Source: a virus. From it: 64,000 nucleotides of DNA. Location of the stretch: the IMG/VR virus record IMGVR_UViG_3300036770_008442, positions 64,255-128,254 of that record; one strand, 5' to 3'. The position numbers were made by a program, and so were the translations under genes. Position 1 is the first letter of the stretch, and each line of letters opens with the position of its first letter. The notes under the pieces are model-generated. The model was not told the origin of the DNA, made no database searches, and saw only the letters and a program-made list of their open reading frames with translations. Below, one piece after another: positions 29,061-39,078 of the stretch.

Positions 29061-30665
29061 TTAAAGAGTAAACTGTTCTGGTTCATCTTCCCCTCCCTCA
29101 CCCCCTCCTTTTTCCTTAGCTTCCTTCTCCGCTTGCTCTGCTTCTTTTTTCTTATATTCCTCATTTTTCCGATATTCATCCATCGATAATCCTAGCCATC
29201 TCTTAATTAAAAATTCCTTATCAAAATAAGGTTCCTCTTCATCCCCTATTCTTTGATTCATTTCCGACATAGAGTTTACAAATTCAGATCTCTTTGTTAA
29301 ATTTTGGAGATTTAAGAATTCTTCAAAGATGTTTTCCCTTACATAATCCAGTCCTAGATTAGACTTAAAGGATCGGTCTTTAGATAATTCTGGAAAATCT
29401 AAACACATTTGGATATAAAGAGGCTTAACCAATATTTCCTGAAAAACCGATCTAATTCTGGTTAAAAACTTTTCATAACGGATTTCATCCCTCTCTAGCT
29501 GATCTATACTAATCTGATAATTAGCCGGGGTTCCACCTCTAAAAGAAAATCTAGCATATGGAATTTTTGAATCTAGTTTGAGCTTATTGTAGAAATAAAC
29601 AACATTTTCCATCACATTAAAATCTGGTCCATTGGGATCTAAAGTCTCGATAGAAGGGGACTGTCCATCTTTTTCAGGAAAAAGATAGTTCTTGTAGAAT
29701 TGCACCTTAGGTCTACCATTGACTGTCAATTCTCCAGAGAAATCATTCAGTTCTATCTCCTCCTTGTAAATAGACATTAATTGACCCAAAGTTTGCATGG
29801 CTTTCTGCTGGGATTGGCTTCCAACCGGTATAACAAATTTGAGACGATATGAAGCATTCATAACATTCCAAATAACCCGGGTATTCTCCATAATTCTAAG
29901 AATATTGTACGATCTCACAAGTCTTTCTACATAACTAACTCTAGAGATCGTATTTCCCTTAGCATAAGACAAATAAATCACCTGCTCATTTTGGAGCTTT
30001 CTGGTCATATTATTATCATTTGGATATTGGATCCAGATCTGTTTAAATTCACCATTTGGCTGAGGCTCTGTTGCTGGCTGAAGGGAAGTCGGATCCAATT
30101 CTTTGAATCCGACTATCTTTTTACCATTTGTAGAATAAACAATCTCAAAAGCCAAAAATCCATCAATAAGAAACTGTCTGAAATATTGCCAAGCTAAAAC
30201 TGATTGTTGAAACCCAAACATCATATACAGATTCCTATATGATTCATCTATTCGATCTAATATTTCTTTCTTAATTTCTATATTAGCAATGCCGGGATAT
30301 GAAAAGAAGTTCTTATCGTCATAATTTATAGCATCATCTGTCAAGGTATCCAGAATAAAATCAATCTCCCCGTTGAGAGAAAATTTTCTTAGAAAATCCC
30401 TTTTGCCCAGATAGTCTTTATCAAAATAAGCAATATATTTTCTAATTTTTGTGTCCTGATATCCCAAAGTCCAATAGAAGGCGGAATTTTCAGTAAATCC
30501 GGTTCCTTGCTCTTTGAAAAAATTAGATTCAGTTTGGCCAATAGCTTGGGAATTCCGGATTACCATATCCTCGTATTTCATCCCAAACTTCCCTATGCGA
30601 CTCAGGTTTTTATATAAGACGTTTAAAAAACTTCTTTCCTGAACGTTATCCAAAAATCCGGCCAT
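29061..30665 (-). CDS. gp20: Portal protein, T4 gp20 family (paralog 2)
   Basis: FRQFLIDG, SYVERLVRSYNILRIME...I, IETL, YFYNKLK...KIPYARF, RDEIRYEKFLTRIRSVF. Confidence 0.9.
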   Translation of the reverse strand: MAGFLDNVQERSFLNVLYKNLSRIGKFGMKYEDMVIRNSQAIGQTESNFFKEQGTGFTENSAFYWTLGYQDTKIRKYIAYFDKDYLGKRDFLRKFSLNGEIDFILDTLTDDAINYDDKNFFSYPGIANIEIKKEILDRIDESYRNLYMMFGFQQSVLAWQYFRQFLIDGFLAFEIVYSTNGKKIVGFKELDPTSLQPATEPQPNGEFKQIWIQYPNDNNMTRKLQNEQVIYLSYAKGNTISRVSYVERLVRSYNILRIMENTRVIWNVMNASYRLKFVIPVGSQSQQKAMQTLGQLMSIYKEEIELNDFSGELTVNGRPKVQFYKNYLFPEKDGQSPSIETLDPNGPDFNVMENVVYFYNKLKLDSKIPYARFSFRGGTPANYQISIDQLERDEIRYEKFLTRIRSVFQEILVKPLYIQMCLDFPELSKDRSFKSNLGLDYVRENIFEEFLNLQNLTKRSEFVNSMSEMNQRIGDEEEPYFDKEFLIKRWLGLSMDEYRKNEEYKKKEAEQAEKEAKEKGGGEGGEDEPEQFTL

Positions 30666-30685
30666 TTTATTTAATTAACTTTTGT

Positions 30686-32335
30686 TTATGCTGTGGGTTC
30701 TTCAGTTCCTTCCGCGGGTGGAGCGGGCTCGCTCGGGGTGGCTGCGGGAGCTTCTGGCTGCTCGCCTTCTGGACTTTGTCCTTCAGCTTCTCCAGATTTT
30801 TCGCTCTCTTTCTTTTCCTTTTTTCTTTTCTCTTTTGCTTCCATGTTTGCCTTAATATCATCCTCGGTCATTCCCAGATAATTTTCTATCAGATAAGCAA
30901 GAGAAAAGAAAGGTTTTCCATCTGCATCTGTTAATCCATATAGAGACGAAATAGATTCTTTTTTCTTGGACATAGTTTCCATCTCCTGATTAATTCGAAA
31001 TGGATTATCAGAAACAAAGGTTAATCCTAATTGGCTTTTAAACAGATGATCCTTTTCTAGTTCTGGAAAATCTTTACACATCTGGATCCAAAGTGGCTTT
31101 ATGAGGATATCCTGGAAAATAGATCTAAGCCTTGTAATAAACTTAGAGAATCTTATTTCCTCCTTATCCAAACCCTCTGCAGAATTTGAATATTTTCCAA
31201 TTGATCCACCGTCCGGTCCCTGAAATCTCGAAAATGGAATTTTAGATTCTTGAGCAAGCTTATCGAAGAAATAAGCTAAAGGACCAGGGTCATTTAAATT
31301 GGGTCCAGCGTTGCTGATTGGTTCTATTGTAGGAGTACCATTAACACCAGAAGGCATCAGATAATTTTTATAGAACTGAATCTTAGGTCTTCCGTCTATA
31401 GTTAATTCTCCGCTTTCGTCGTTGAATCTGATATCCTCTTTATAGATACTCATTAATTCTCCCAAAGTCTGCATAGATTTTTGAGGAGATTTGGTACCAA
31501 TAGGAACGGTCATTTTCATTCTAAATGAAGCATTCATCACGGACCAAATCACCCGAGTATATTCGATAATTCGGAGAACATTGTATGGTCTAATCAGTCT
31601 TTCGGTATAGCTAATTCTAGAAACCGAATTTCCCTTTGCGTATGAAATGTAAATAATCTGGGAATCGTATAAAAGCCTTCTTCTATTCTCATCCTTTGGG
31701 TATTGGTACCAAACATTTAAATAAGTTCCATCTTTTTGTTTTTCAACAGAAGGCATCAAAGTTGTTGCATCTAACTCCTTAAATCCAATAATTTCTTTCC
31801 CGTTATCATTGTAAATAATTTCAAAAGCTAAAAATCCATCGACCATTAACTGTCTGAAATATTGCCAAGCACTGATATCATCAGTGAAGCCAAACATATC
31901 ATACAGCTTTTTATAGTTAAGATCTATTCTATCGATTACTTTTTCTTTGATACCCGTTAGATTTAAAAAAGCAGGGTAGGCAAAAAAATTAAAAGAATCA
32001 TAAGATATAGCCTCGTCACAAACAGTATCTAAAATGTATTCAATCTCTGGATTAAGAGCAAACTTTCTCAGATAATCTCTTTTTCCTGCATAATCCTTAT
32101 CGAAATACCCAATGAATTGCTTTGTTGAAGTGTCCTGTCTGGCTAAAGAATACAACATGGCCTCATCTTCGATGGGACCTTTTTTCATGAATTCCGCCTC
32201 GACCTGACCGATGGCCTGGGAATTTCTAACCACTAAATCTCCGTACCTCATACCAAAGGTACTAAGAGACTTCACAGAATCTCTGATTCTTTGAAATACT
32301 GGATTCCCCTGTGGGCTTTCTGTAAATCCTGCCAT
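30686..32335 (-). CDS. gp20: Portal protein, T4 gp20 family (paralog 1)
   Basis: PEIE...DEAI, FRQLMVDG, SYTERLIRPYNVLRIIE, YFFDKL...KIPFSRF, EEIRFSKFITRLRSIF. Confidence 0.9.
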   Translation of the reverse strand: MAGFTESPQGNPVFQRIRDSVKSLSTFGMRYGDLVVRNSQAIGQVEAEFMKKGPIEDEAMLYSLARQDTSTKQFIGYFDKDYAGKRDYLRKFALNPEIEYILDTVCDEAISYDSFNFFAYPAFLNLTGIKEKVIDRIDLNYKKLYDMFGFTDDISAWQYFRQLMVDGFLAFEIIYNDNGKEIIGFKELDATTLMPSVEKQKDGTYLNVWYQYPKDENRRRLLYDSQIIYISYAKGNSVSRISYTERLIRPYNVLRIIEYTRVIWSVMNASFRMKMTVPIGTKSPQKSMQTLGELMSIYKEDIRFNDESGELTIDGRPKIQFYKNYLMPSGVNGTPTIEPISNAGPNLNDPGPLAYFFDKLAQESKIPFSRFQGPDGGSIGKYSNSAEGLDKEEIRFSKFITRLRSIFQDILIKPLWIQMCKDFPELEKDHLFKSQLGLTFVSDNPFRINQEMETMSKKKESISSLYGLTDADGKPFFSLAYLIENYLGMTEDDIKANMEAKEKRKKEKKESEKSGEAEGQSPEGEQPEAPAATPSEPAPPAEGTEEPTA

Positions 32336-32361
32336 CTAAAATTATTGTATGTTTTTTAGAT

Positions 32362-32970
32362 TTACTTTGACTTTAATTTCGATCTATATTCACTATATAT
32401 CGAATTTAAAGGAAGTCCCTGTATAAACGAATCTGAAAGATATGCTATTTTACACCAGTCCAGATAATCTACTGTTTTGATACTCCTAAAGTTTTCTTTC
32501 TTAAATCCAGTCACGGCAAAGGAATATCCAGTTCCTTCCAAAAGTCTAGATAATACATTTCCATTTAACTGAATAGGGATCTGGTCTCCCGGAATATTGG
32601 TCTCGTTGTCTTTAATTTTGTCATAAAACTGATTGAATAGTCTTAATAATATCTGACCCCGATAATCGGGAGGAATAATGTTCAAATCAATTGATTTAAG
32701 TATTTTACCAGATTTTATTTCCTCCTCACCTAAAAAAATAAACAAAGGGTATCTATTAATGTACCTAATTTTATCAGAAATACGACTGTTAGTGGCATAT
32801 TCCCCGGTATAAATTTTACCAGGTATCAGGAAAGAACCAATTTTTTCCTTACCTCCCTTTCCCTCTATCCCGTATTTTTCTTTAAAAAATTTATTCGTTG
32901 CATCCGAAAGAGCAGATAAGGAAGGAACCCCTTCTCTGTAATCTTTTATCTGCTGTTCAAAAGGCTTCAC
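32362..32970 (-). CDS. DNA end protector protein (gp2-like)
   Basis: YINRYPLFIF...IDLNIIPPDYR..ILLRL matches the gp2 pattern; adjacent to gp4 as in T4-like phages. Confidence 0.6.
   Translation of the reverse strand: MKPFEQQIKDYREGVPSLSALSDATNKFFKEKYGIEGKGGKEKIGSFLIPGKIYTGEYATNSRISDKIRYINRYPLFIFLGEEEIKSGKILKSIDLNIIPPDYRGQILLRLFNQFYDKIKDNETNIPGDQIPIQLNGNVLSRLLEGTGYSFAVTGFKKENFRSIKTVDYLDWCKIAYLSDSFIQGLPLNSIYSEYRSKLKSK
32394..32401 (-). promoter_or_regulatory. Late promoter motif GATATATA (portal operon)
   Basis: Octamer in the 3' end of the gp2-like gene, upstream of the portal start at 32335. Confidence 0.55.
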
Positions 32971-33452
32971 TTGTCATTAAATAAAAAGTTCTCATCTACT
33001 ATCCCAAACTTGTATCCTCGAATTTCAGCCCAAATTTTAGCAGATTTGAATTTAGCTTGATTGGTAATCCAAATCTGCATTTTTTGGTTATATGATTTGA
33101 GCTTATTTAATGTGCTTGTTCCCTCGAAAACAGGTTTTTTAAATTGAGATTCGGGTTTTACCTCTAAAATCCATTCTTGCTTTTCCCCATTTTCTTTTTG
33201 GATCATAATATAAAAATCCACAAAATAATTGTGGTTTTTTTTATCCAACGGATTAAAATATGGAATTTTTATTGGTTCAGAACTCCATTTTAATATTAAA
33301 CTATTGGTATCACAATACTTGCAAAATCTAAATTCCCAAGAAGATCTGCACACTATTTTATTAATGTCTCCTATATACTTATCTGGATTTTTGGGAACAT
33401 AAAGTCCGGATTTATATCTTCCGTTGGGCTTTACTTTCTTAATATCAGACAT
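32967..33452 (-). CDS. gp4: Head completion nuclease (gp4, TnsA-like)
   Basis: PKNPDKYIGD...RSSWE..FC..CD......WSSE...IPY......YFVDF...EVKP. Confidence 0.9.
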   Translation of the reverse strand: MSDIKKVKPNGRYKSGLYVPKNPDKYIGDINKIVCRSSWEFRFCKYCDTNSLILKWSSEPIKIPYFNPLDKKNHNYFVDFYIMIQKENGEKQEWILEVKPESQFKKPVFEGTSTLNKLKSYNQKMQIWITNQAKFKSAKIWAEIRGYKFGIVDENFLFNDK

Positions 33453-33455
33453 TCT

Positions 33456-33812
33456 TTAAACATTGTAGGAATTATCCTCCCCTGTTATATATGAAAAAGG
33501 AATAGTCTTAGGTGATTTGGGAGGGTGAATTTTTTTCCATCCTTTTGCAAATCCATTTTTAGCTATCTGAGTGTAGTAAGCAAAGGGATTATTAGACTTA
33601 GTGGGATCAAATCTGTTCCAATATCTGCAGAGATCCTCCATGGCAAAAGCCATACAATCCTCTTTATCTTCTGGATCCCGGTAAGCCATTTTTTTGGATA
33701 TACCCTGAATCATCAATGAAAACATTTTAATCGTATCAGGGGTTAATTGACCCCTTTCTTTGGACTCTAAAATTGCTTTCATGAGATCCACATTTTTAAC
33801 ATAATCAGCCAT
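33456..33812 (-). CDS. gp55: Late transcription sigma factor (gp55-like)
   Basis: YVKNVDL, EDC...AME...RY...FDPTKSNNPFAYYTQIA; start reassigned to MADYV at 33812 (ORF-track start 33932). Confidence 0.85.
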   Translation of the reverse strand: MADYVKNVDLMKAILESKERGQLTPDTIKMFSLMIQGISKKMAYRDPEDKEDCMAFAMEDLCRYWNRFDPTKSNNPFAYYTQIAKNGFAKGWKKIHPPKSPKTIPFSYITGEDNSYNV

Positions 33813-33832
33813 CGTACTTAAGGGATTCTTTA

Positions 33833-33861
33833 TTTTTAGAATTAACCCAAAAGTTAGTTTC
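33833..33861 (-). promoter_or_regulatory. Candidate ECF-type (middle) promoter GAAACT-N17-TAAAAA driving gp55
   Basis: Exact motif and spacing about 21 nt upstream of the gp55 ATG. Confidence 0.6.
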
Positions 33862-33864
33862 GGG

Positions 33865-34044
33865 TTAATCTTTTTCCTCCAAATTTTCATCCTCATCGGA
33901 AATGAGCGAATCCCCAGAGGGTTTTTTGCCATCCGGAGCTACGCTCATTCTACCTTCTATATTATCTACAAAAGGCTTTGGAGAATCGGATTGGTCCGCT
34001 GCCGAAGGAGCAAAAGACCAAACCCTACTTAATATTTTTTTTAG
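33865..34044 (-). CDS. Putative -1 frameshift extension (59 aa) of the 841-aa protein
   Basis: Open -1 frame after A AAA AAC TAA: LKKILSRVWSFAPSAADQ...MSVAPDGKKPSG...LEEKD*. Confidence 0.55.
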   Translation of the reverse strand, partial: LKKILSRVWSFAPSAADQSDSPKPFVDNIEGRMSVAPDGKKPSGDSLISDEDENLEEKD

Positions 34045-36566
34045 TTTTTTTTTGACTCTAAACTTTCCCCTAAATTGTAACCCATTTCCTTATTTACCTC
34101 AAAATCCAAAGATGAATCTTCCTTTGAAGTAGGAGCTTGTGCTAATTCCTGATTAAGCTTTGAAATTTCTGGATTCTTTTGCTTCACGTTTGTTACTCTA
34201 ACTGGATATTTAATTCTATTTATACCCCCTGGAGCTTGAGCGAAATTATGGTTGGTCTTTTTTAATTCAGTCTCCGAAATTGGATTATCCGAATCCTCCG
34301 GAGCATATGCCATATTTCCGTTTTTCAAGTTATCTAAATCCTCATCATTTTCATTCACATTATAACCCATTTTTAAATCTCCAGGTCCCTTAATTTTCAC
34401 ATCGAAATTAGTAGCTTTCTCTTTTCCCTCTGGTGCTTCTTCTAGTCCATCATTTCCAGATTTCTTAGAAGATTTTTTATTAGATACCTTTGAATCCTCA
34501 TCAGGTGCACTTGAGGTATTTGATTTTAGAGAAGAAGCCGGAGTTTTAAATTTTGTCTTAGCCGTTTTAGGAGAAGGGGCTACTGATAATTCTTGTTCTT
34601 TAATCTCCTCCTGATATTCCATATCATACTCTGGTTCTTCAGATTTTCCCTTTAATGCCTCTTCAATATCAACAATTTCATCTACTCTAAAATCACCAGT
34701 TCTACCGTTGTCCATTAAAACAGTATAAGATCCACTAGTATTATCAACCGAAATAATTTTCCCAGTGTTTCCCGATTCTTTCACTTTAACATAGCTTCCG
34801 ATGGTAAATCCATCATCCTCATAAAGATTTAAAGGCTGCTCCTTAATTCCAGATTCAATTGTTTCTATCTCTTGATTTACTAATTGCCATTTTTTTCTTA
34901 GAGCATTAAGTTCCATCTCTAAAATATCATGGGCTCTTTCAATTTCTTTAGAATTTGAATAAATAGGATTTCTGTCCATCAGATCATTAATCTTATTTAT
35001 TTCCGATTCGACAATAGCAATATTCTCCATAATTTTAGCTCTATCGTTTATCATGATCGATCTAATCTTGGATTCACCCTGTAAAAACTCTGTTAATCCC
35101 TCCGAAATATCATATTTTAAGAAATCCTTAATCATGGAGGTTGCTTGAGTTCCATTGACCTCATATAAAGAATTTTCTCTCATAGATTCATTAATTCTAT
35201 TGAGATAGATTTTTCCTCCCCATTTAATAAGATTGACGGAAGCTCCTTCATATAGATGTGATTCTAATCTCTTCGCAAAATCTATCTCAACAATAGACTC
35301 ATAGTTTTCAAAAAGTCTTATAATATCAGAAACGACCTTAGACTCGTTGATACCAAAAATTCCCGAGATCTCCAATGAAATTTGTTTTGAAAGACTTAAT
35401 TTATCCAAGGTATTTAATTTGACGTCTCTAGTTGAAACTTGTGTTGATCCATTTTCTTCGAAGATCTTAAAAGATTTATCACCAACATAAACGCTTAGAC
35501 CTTCCTCGTTGACCTTCACATAAGGAGCATAAAAAGATTCTAATAATGATCTATATTCTTCCGGGAATTCCATAAATTCCTTCGAGTTTAATCTTCTTAG
35601 CCCACTGTTGGATGCTTCGAAAATATTGTTTCCAATAGTAAAGACAGTCTTCCCGCCACCTATTAAAACAGGGGAGAATAGTCTTGAAACTTTTGTGTTC
35701 AAAGAATTTACAGGGACATTGAGATTTTTACTACTGCTCTCCATCAATCTCAATGAATTAAGAAGACCTCTGACAGCTGGATTAAAAGACCATCTAGAAA
35801 TATCTTTAGAAAGAAGATTAACAGATTTGTTTTCCGATATCATCCACTTGTTCAGGGATTCCAAAACTGGTGAATAAAAATCAGATCCAGCACTTCTTTC
35901 AATGTTATAAATAGTTTTTGCAACCTCAATCTCTGGCTTTAATAGACCTACTTTATTGCTGATATTTTCAAAGATTCCTTTGACCTTATCATCCCATGTA
36001 AAATTGTGAAGGTCGTTTACAAAAGATTCCACAACCAAAAATTCAGGAAGTCCTTTGGTCTTCAAAAGATTCTGATATTTCTCAGCGACAATCTTCATCT
36101 GCGGATGGTCGTATATTCCGCTTTCCTTGATATCTAAAATAGATTCATAAACCCCCAAATTGAAAACTTTTTGCGATTCAAGGAAAGATCTTGCAGAAGA
36201 ATCTTTTTGAGCGGATTCTGCCAAACTTTCAGATATCATTCCATGAATGTTATTTTCGGGAGCTTCATCAGTCCGATAAGATCCAGCATTATTTAAAGAA
36301 TTTCTGCCCAATCCGCTCCAAGATTCCATGATTTTCTGAGCAGCAGCCTTGGACCTATCCAATTCTTGTGTTCTAATTTGTTGATAGGGATCAGGTTCTA
36401 CTGAAATGGAATTATCCAATGATTGAACAGATTCCATAATTTGCTTCTCGTTTAAATCTGAAATATTCCCAGATTCTATCATATTGATATGAGATTCGCA
36501 TATTGATTTTACCTCTGGAGATTTTGTTGTATCCCTAAGTGTTTTCAATTGGTTGAGTAAATCCAT
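34041..36566 (-). CDS. Large late protein (probable prohead core/structural) with a KOW/SH3-like segment and a low-complexity AP-repeat tail
   Basis: Many xxES/xNE sites, coiled coil, GSYVKVKESGNTGKIISVD; GATATATA at 36594-36601. Confidence 0.7.
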   Translation of the reverse strand: MDLLNQLKTLRDTTKSPEVKSICESHINMIESGNISDLNEKQIMESVQSLDNSISVEPDPYQQIRTQELDRSKAAAQKIMESWSGLGRNSLNNAGSYRTDEAPENNIHGMISESLAESAQKDSSARSFLESQKVFNLGVYESILDIKESGIYDHPQMKIVAEKYQNLLKTKGLPEFLVVESFVNDLHNFTWDDKVKGIFENISNKVGLLKPEIEVAKTIYNIERSAGSDFYSPVLESLNKWMISENKSVNLLSKDISRWSFNPAVRGLLNSLRLMESSSKNLNVPVNSLNTKVSRLFSPVLIGGGKTVFTIGNNIFEASNSGLRRLNSKEFMEFPEEYRSLLESFYAPYVKVNEEGLSVYVGDKSFKIFEENGSTQVSTRDVKLNTLDKLSLSKQISLEISGIFGINESKVVSDIIRLFENYESIVEIDFAKRLESHLYEGASVNLIKWGGKIYLNRINESMRENSLYEVNGTQATSMIKDFLKYDISEGLTEFLQGESKIRSIMINDRAKIMENIAIVESEINKINDLMDRNPIYSNSKEIERAHDILEMELNALRKKWQLVNQEIETIESGIKEQPLNLYEDDGFTIGSYVKVKESGNTGKIISVDNTSGSYTVLMDNGRTGDFRVDEIVDIEEALKGKSEEPEYDMEYQEEIKEQELSVAPSPKTAKTKFKTPASSLKSNTSSAPDEDSKVSNKKSSKKSGNDGLEEAPEGKEKATNFDVKIKGPGDLKMGYNVNENDEDLDNLKNGNMAYAPEDSDNPISETELKKTNHNFAQAPGGINRIKYPVRVTNVKQKNPEISKLNQELAQAPTSKEDSSLDFEVNKEMGYNLGESLESKKN

Positions 36567-36651
36567 TTTTTGGTTTAGTTTTTTTACTTTGTATATATAT
36601 CTTATTTAAGTTAAATAAAATCTGTACTATATATTCAGTATGATTTGAGAA

Positions 36652-37197
36652 TTATCTGGCTATCAGTAGTTCTATTTTAACATTTATATTAGTATGCGGG
36701 TTGGTGAAAATAATACCTCCGTCAGTATATGGAAGATTTGATTCGCTTAAGTTCCATCCCGTATTCTCGGAATCTGTTGAACCCAATTTATTTCCGGTTA
36801 GTATCATTAATTCACCTACATTATACGTCCTCCCCTGATATGTCCAATTGATATATTTTCTAGACTGTGGTGTTCCGTTGGTTGGGGTAGGAACTCCGGG
36901 AATAATTGGTACTTGAGATCCATAAAGAATTGGATTTTCGGGTTCTGGATAATTGACCTTCACGGCTATCCACCTAACGTATCCGTTGATATCACCAATA
37001 TCGGTTTGACTGATTTTTACAGATTTTCCAGAATTTAAGGATATTCTAAGCTTAGAGTAAGCTACTACATCATCCAAAAGATCCTTGAAATCTAAAAAAA
37101 CAGTTTTTTTAAAGTCCTCCTGAAGAACAAACTTATCCCGATTAAATAAAAATCCATTTGGAGAATTTGGGGGACATTGGATAGGTCTAGTTGCCAT
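36652..37197 (-). CDS. Hypothetical beta-rich structural protein (paralog of 37197..37871)
   Basis: MILTG...GWNL...GGIIFTNPHTNINVKIELLIA aligns with MMLTG...GWEV...GGFVFSNPTEYSVKLTILTA. Confidence 0.7.
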   Translation of the reverse strand: MATRPIQCPPNSPNGFLFNRDKFVLQEDFKKTVFLDFKDLLDDVVAYSKLRISLNSGKSVKISQTDIGDINGYVRWIAVKVNYPEPENPILYGSQVPIIPGVPTPTNGTPQSRKYINWTYQGRTYNVGELMILTGNKLGSTDSENTGWNLSESNLPYTDGGIIFTNPHTNINVKIELLIAR

Positions 37198-37871
37198 TAG
37201 TTAGCTGTCAATATTGTTAATTTTACCGAGTACTCAGTGGGGTTTGAGAAAACAAATCCACCAGTTGCAGCTCCAGTGTATCCGACTTGGGATTCAACAT
37301 CAGGCCTAACCTCCCATCCTTTCCAAGAATATCCTTCTTTGATCTGGCCGGTAAGCATCATAATATCACTCATTACATATCTTTCGATTCCGTTATAATG
37401 CCAATAAAGCAATCTTTGATCTTCGGTTGCATCTGCGTAATAATCGGCTTTTGCCAATAAAAGACTGACCTCTCCTAAAGTTGTATCAAAATCACCAGGA
37501 TCCAGGTTAATCGAGGTATTAGCAGGAATAACAAAAGTTTGTTTTTGATATCCGGAGAAACTTTGAAGGGGATGAAAGAAATCAGCTAATCCCAATGATT
37601 CTTCTATATCTGCTTGATAAGTAACATTTAGCGATGAATTAAAAAGTCTAACTTCTTTGGGATCATTAAAATTCGAGAAAGTTAAATTTACTCTTCTTAA
37701 AGATCCCGGGGTGTTTGCTATTAAGGTGTATTTCGTCAGAAAATCTCCGGTTTGACCTGGTGCTAACCCAGAAACACTGCTGCCTCCTACAAACATAGTT
37801 CCCCCTCCTGTCCCACCTAAAGTGGATTGTCCTCCATATATTTCTAAATCTCCTCCTGTGATAGAACTCAT
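37197..37871 (-). CDS. Hypothetical beta-rich structural protein with a Gly-rich N-terminus
   Basis: Coupled ORF; paralogous C-terminal domain. Confidence 0.7.
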   Translation of the reverse strand: MSSITGGDLEIYGGQSTLGGTGGGTMFVGGSSVSGLAPGQTGDFLTKYTLIANTPGSLRRVNLTFSNFNDPKEVRLFNSSLNVTYQADIEESLGLADFFHPLQSFSGYQKQTFVIPANTSINLDPGDFDTTLGEVSLLLAKADYYADATEDQRLLYWHYNGIERYVMSDIMMLTGQIKEGYSWKGWEVRPDVESQVGYTGAATGGFVFSNPTEYSVKLTILTAN

Positions 37872-38690
37872 TTAAATTCGGGTTGGATTCATATCTAGAG
37901 AATCTGGAGATTCAACAACACTTGGTCTCGTCCTCAAATTTTCTAAATTTTTATTTTGATTTACATTTAGTACCTCCTTATTACTATCTATAATCGGGGT
38001 TTTGTAATCCGGAAGATCCGATAAACTAGTAACTTCTTTTAATTCAGGATCTACTTCATTTTCCAGGTTTGAATCGAATAGCATTTCTGATTTTTCAAAA
38101 TTAGAAACAAGGGGCTCATTGATCTGATGATCCTCCTCTGGTATATCAATAGTTTCTAAAGGTGACGAATTTTGTAATCCGTCAGGAGAGGATTCTTCAG
38201 TCTTATCTAAATCTTCATTAGATTTTTCTATATCTACAACAGATTCATCTTCTGGCTTAATATAATCAACTAAAGACTTGATAAAACCTAAGGCAATAAT
38301 AGGAAGTATTGCTCCACTAATAATAGACAGAAGTCTTTTTTGGTAAATTAAGTCCTCCTCAACTAGACCAAAAAGTTCAACCCATTCTTGAAAATCGGTC
38401 AGATTTGTATATGCATAATAGGTATTTCCCATGGCTTGCATAGCAGTAAGAAGAACAAACAATGCCCAAATTATGGTTTTGTTCATTTTTTCTAAAACTA
38501 TTAGGGAAGCCAGGGAAGCAGCAGCTCCAATTTCAAAAGCTATAGCCAAACAGATCGCAAGCCAATCTGGATTGGATATTTTAAAAAAATCAATAACGTG
38601 AATTGTTGAAATCAGAGAAACGATTCCATATAGGGAAACAAATGTCCCTATAATAAACCTATCTACTAATTTTGATTTTTTATTTTTCAC
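37872..38690 (-). CDS. Integral membrane protein (about 4 TM helices) with an acidic tail
   Basis: Four hydrophobic segments in the first 140 aa. Confidence 0.7.
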   Translation of the reverse strand: MKNKKSKLVDRFIIGTFVSLYGIVSLISTIHVIDFFKISNPDWLAICLAIAFEIGAAASLASLIVLEKMNKTIIWALFVLLTAMQAMGNTYYAYTNLTDFQEWVELFGLVEEDLIYQKRLLSIISGAILPIIALGFIKSLVDYIKPEDESVVDIEKSNEDLDKTEESSPDGLQNSSPLETIDIPEEDHQINEPLVSNFEKSEMLFDSNLENEVDPELKEVTSLSDLPDYKTPIIDSNKEVLNVNQNKNLENLRTRPSVVESPDSLDMNPTRI

Positions 38691-38973
38691 TAGTTTCTAT
38701 TCTACTTTTAATTTCAGAGAGAGATGTTTTCTTCTTATCAAAATCATCTTCATAAATTAAGAACTCAAACATCACTTTCCTCATTTCCTCTCTCATTTCG
38801 GCTTTTGTCAAAGTATTAATAGAATCTAATTTATTTACAATGGATTCATTGGATGATTTTTCTTCTTTTTTAATTCTAGAAATCTCTCGATCAATCCCGC
38901 ATTGTTTGAAAAAAATTAAAACTAAAAAAACCAGCAATATGTACTGGAAATTGTCTTTGATTTTCTGTAACAT
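38680..38973 (-). CDS. Small membrane-anchored coiled-coil protein (spanin-like architecture)
   Basis: YILLVFLVLIFFKQCG then a coiled coil; start likely 38973, given GATATATA at 39000-39007. Confidence 0.55.
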   Translation of the reverse strand: MLQKIKDNFQYILLVFLVLIFFKQCGIDREISRIKKEEKSSNESIVNKLDSINTLTKAEMREEMRKVMFEFLIYEDDFDKKKTSLSEIKSRIETSEK

Positions 38974-39078
38974 GTCTAATAATTTTTTAATGTTCATACT
39001 ATATATCAGATTTTCTATTAGTGAATAACATTATTTTGTCCAATCAGAAAAATAGGGTCTAGTGTGAGCAAGACAAAC

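Noticed and set aside
32967-33452. TnsA-like nuclease as a transposase or homing endonuclease
   Set aside because: Motifs and position next to gp2 and the portal identify it as the gp4 head completion protein; no terminal repeats
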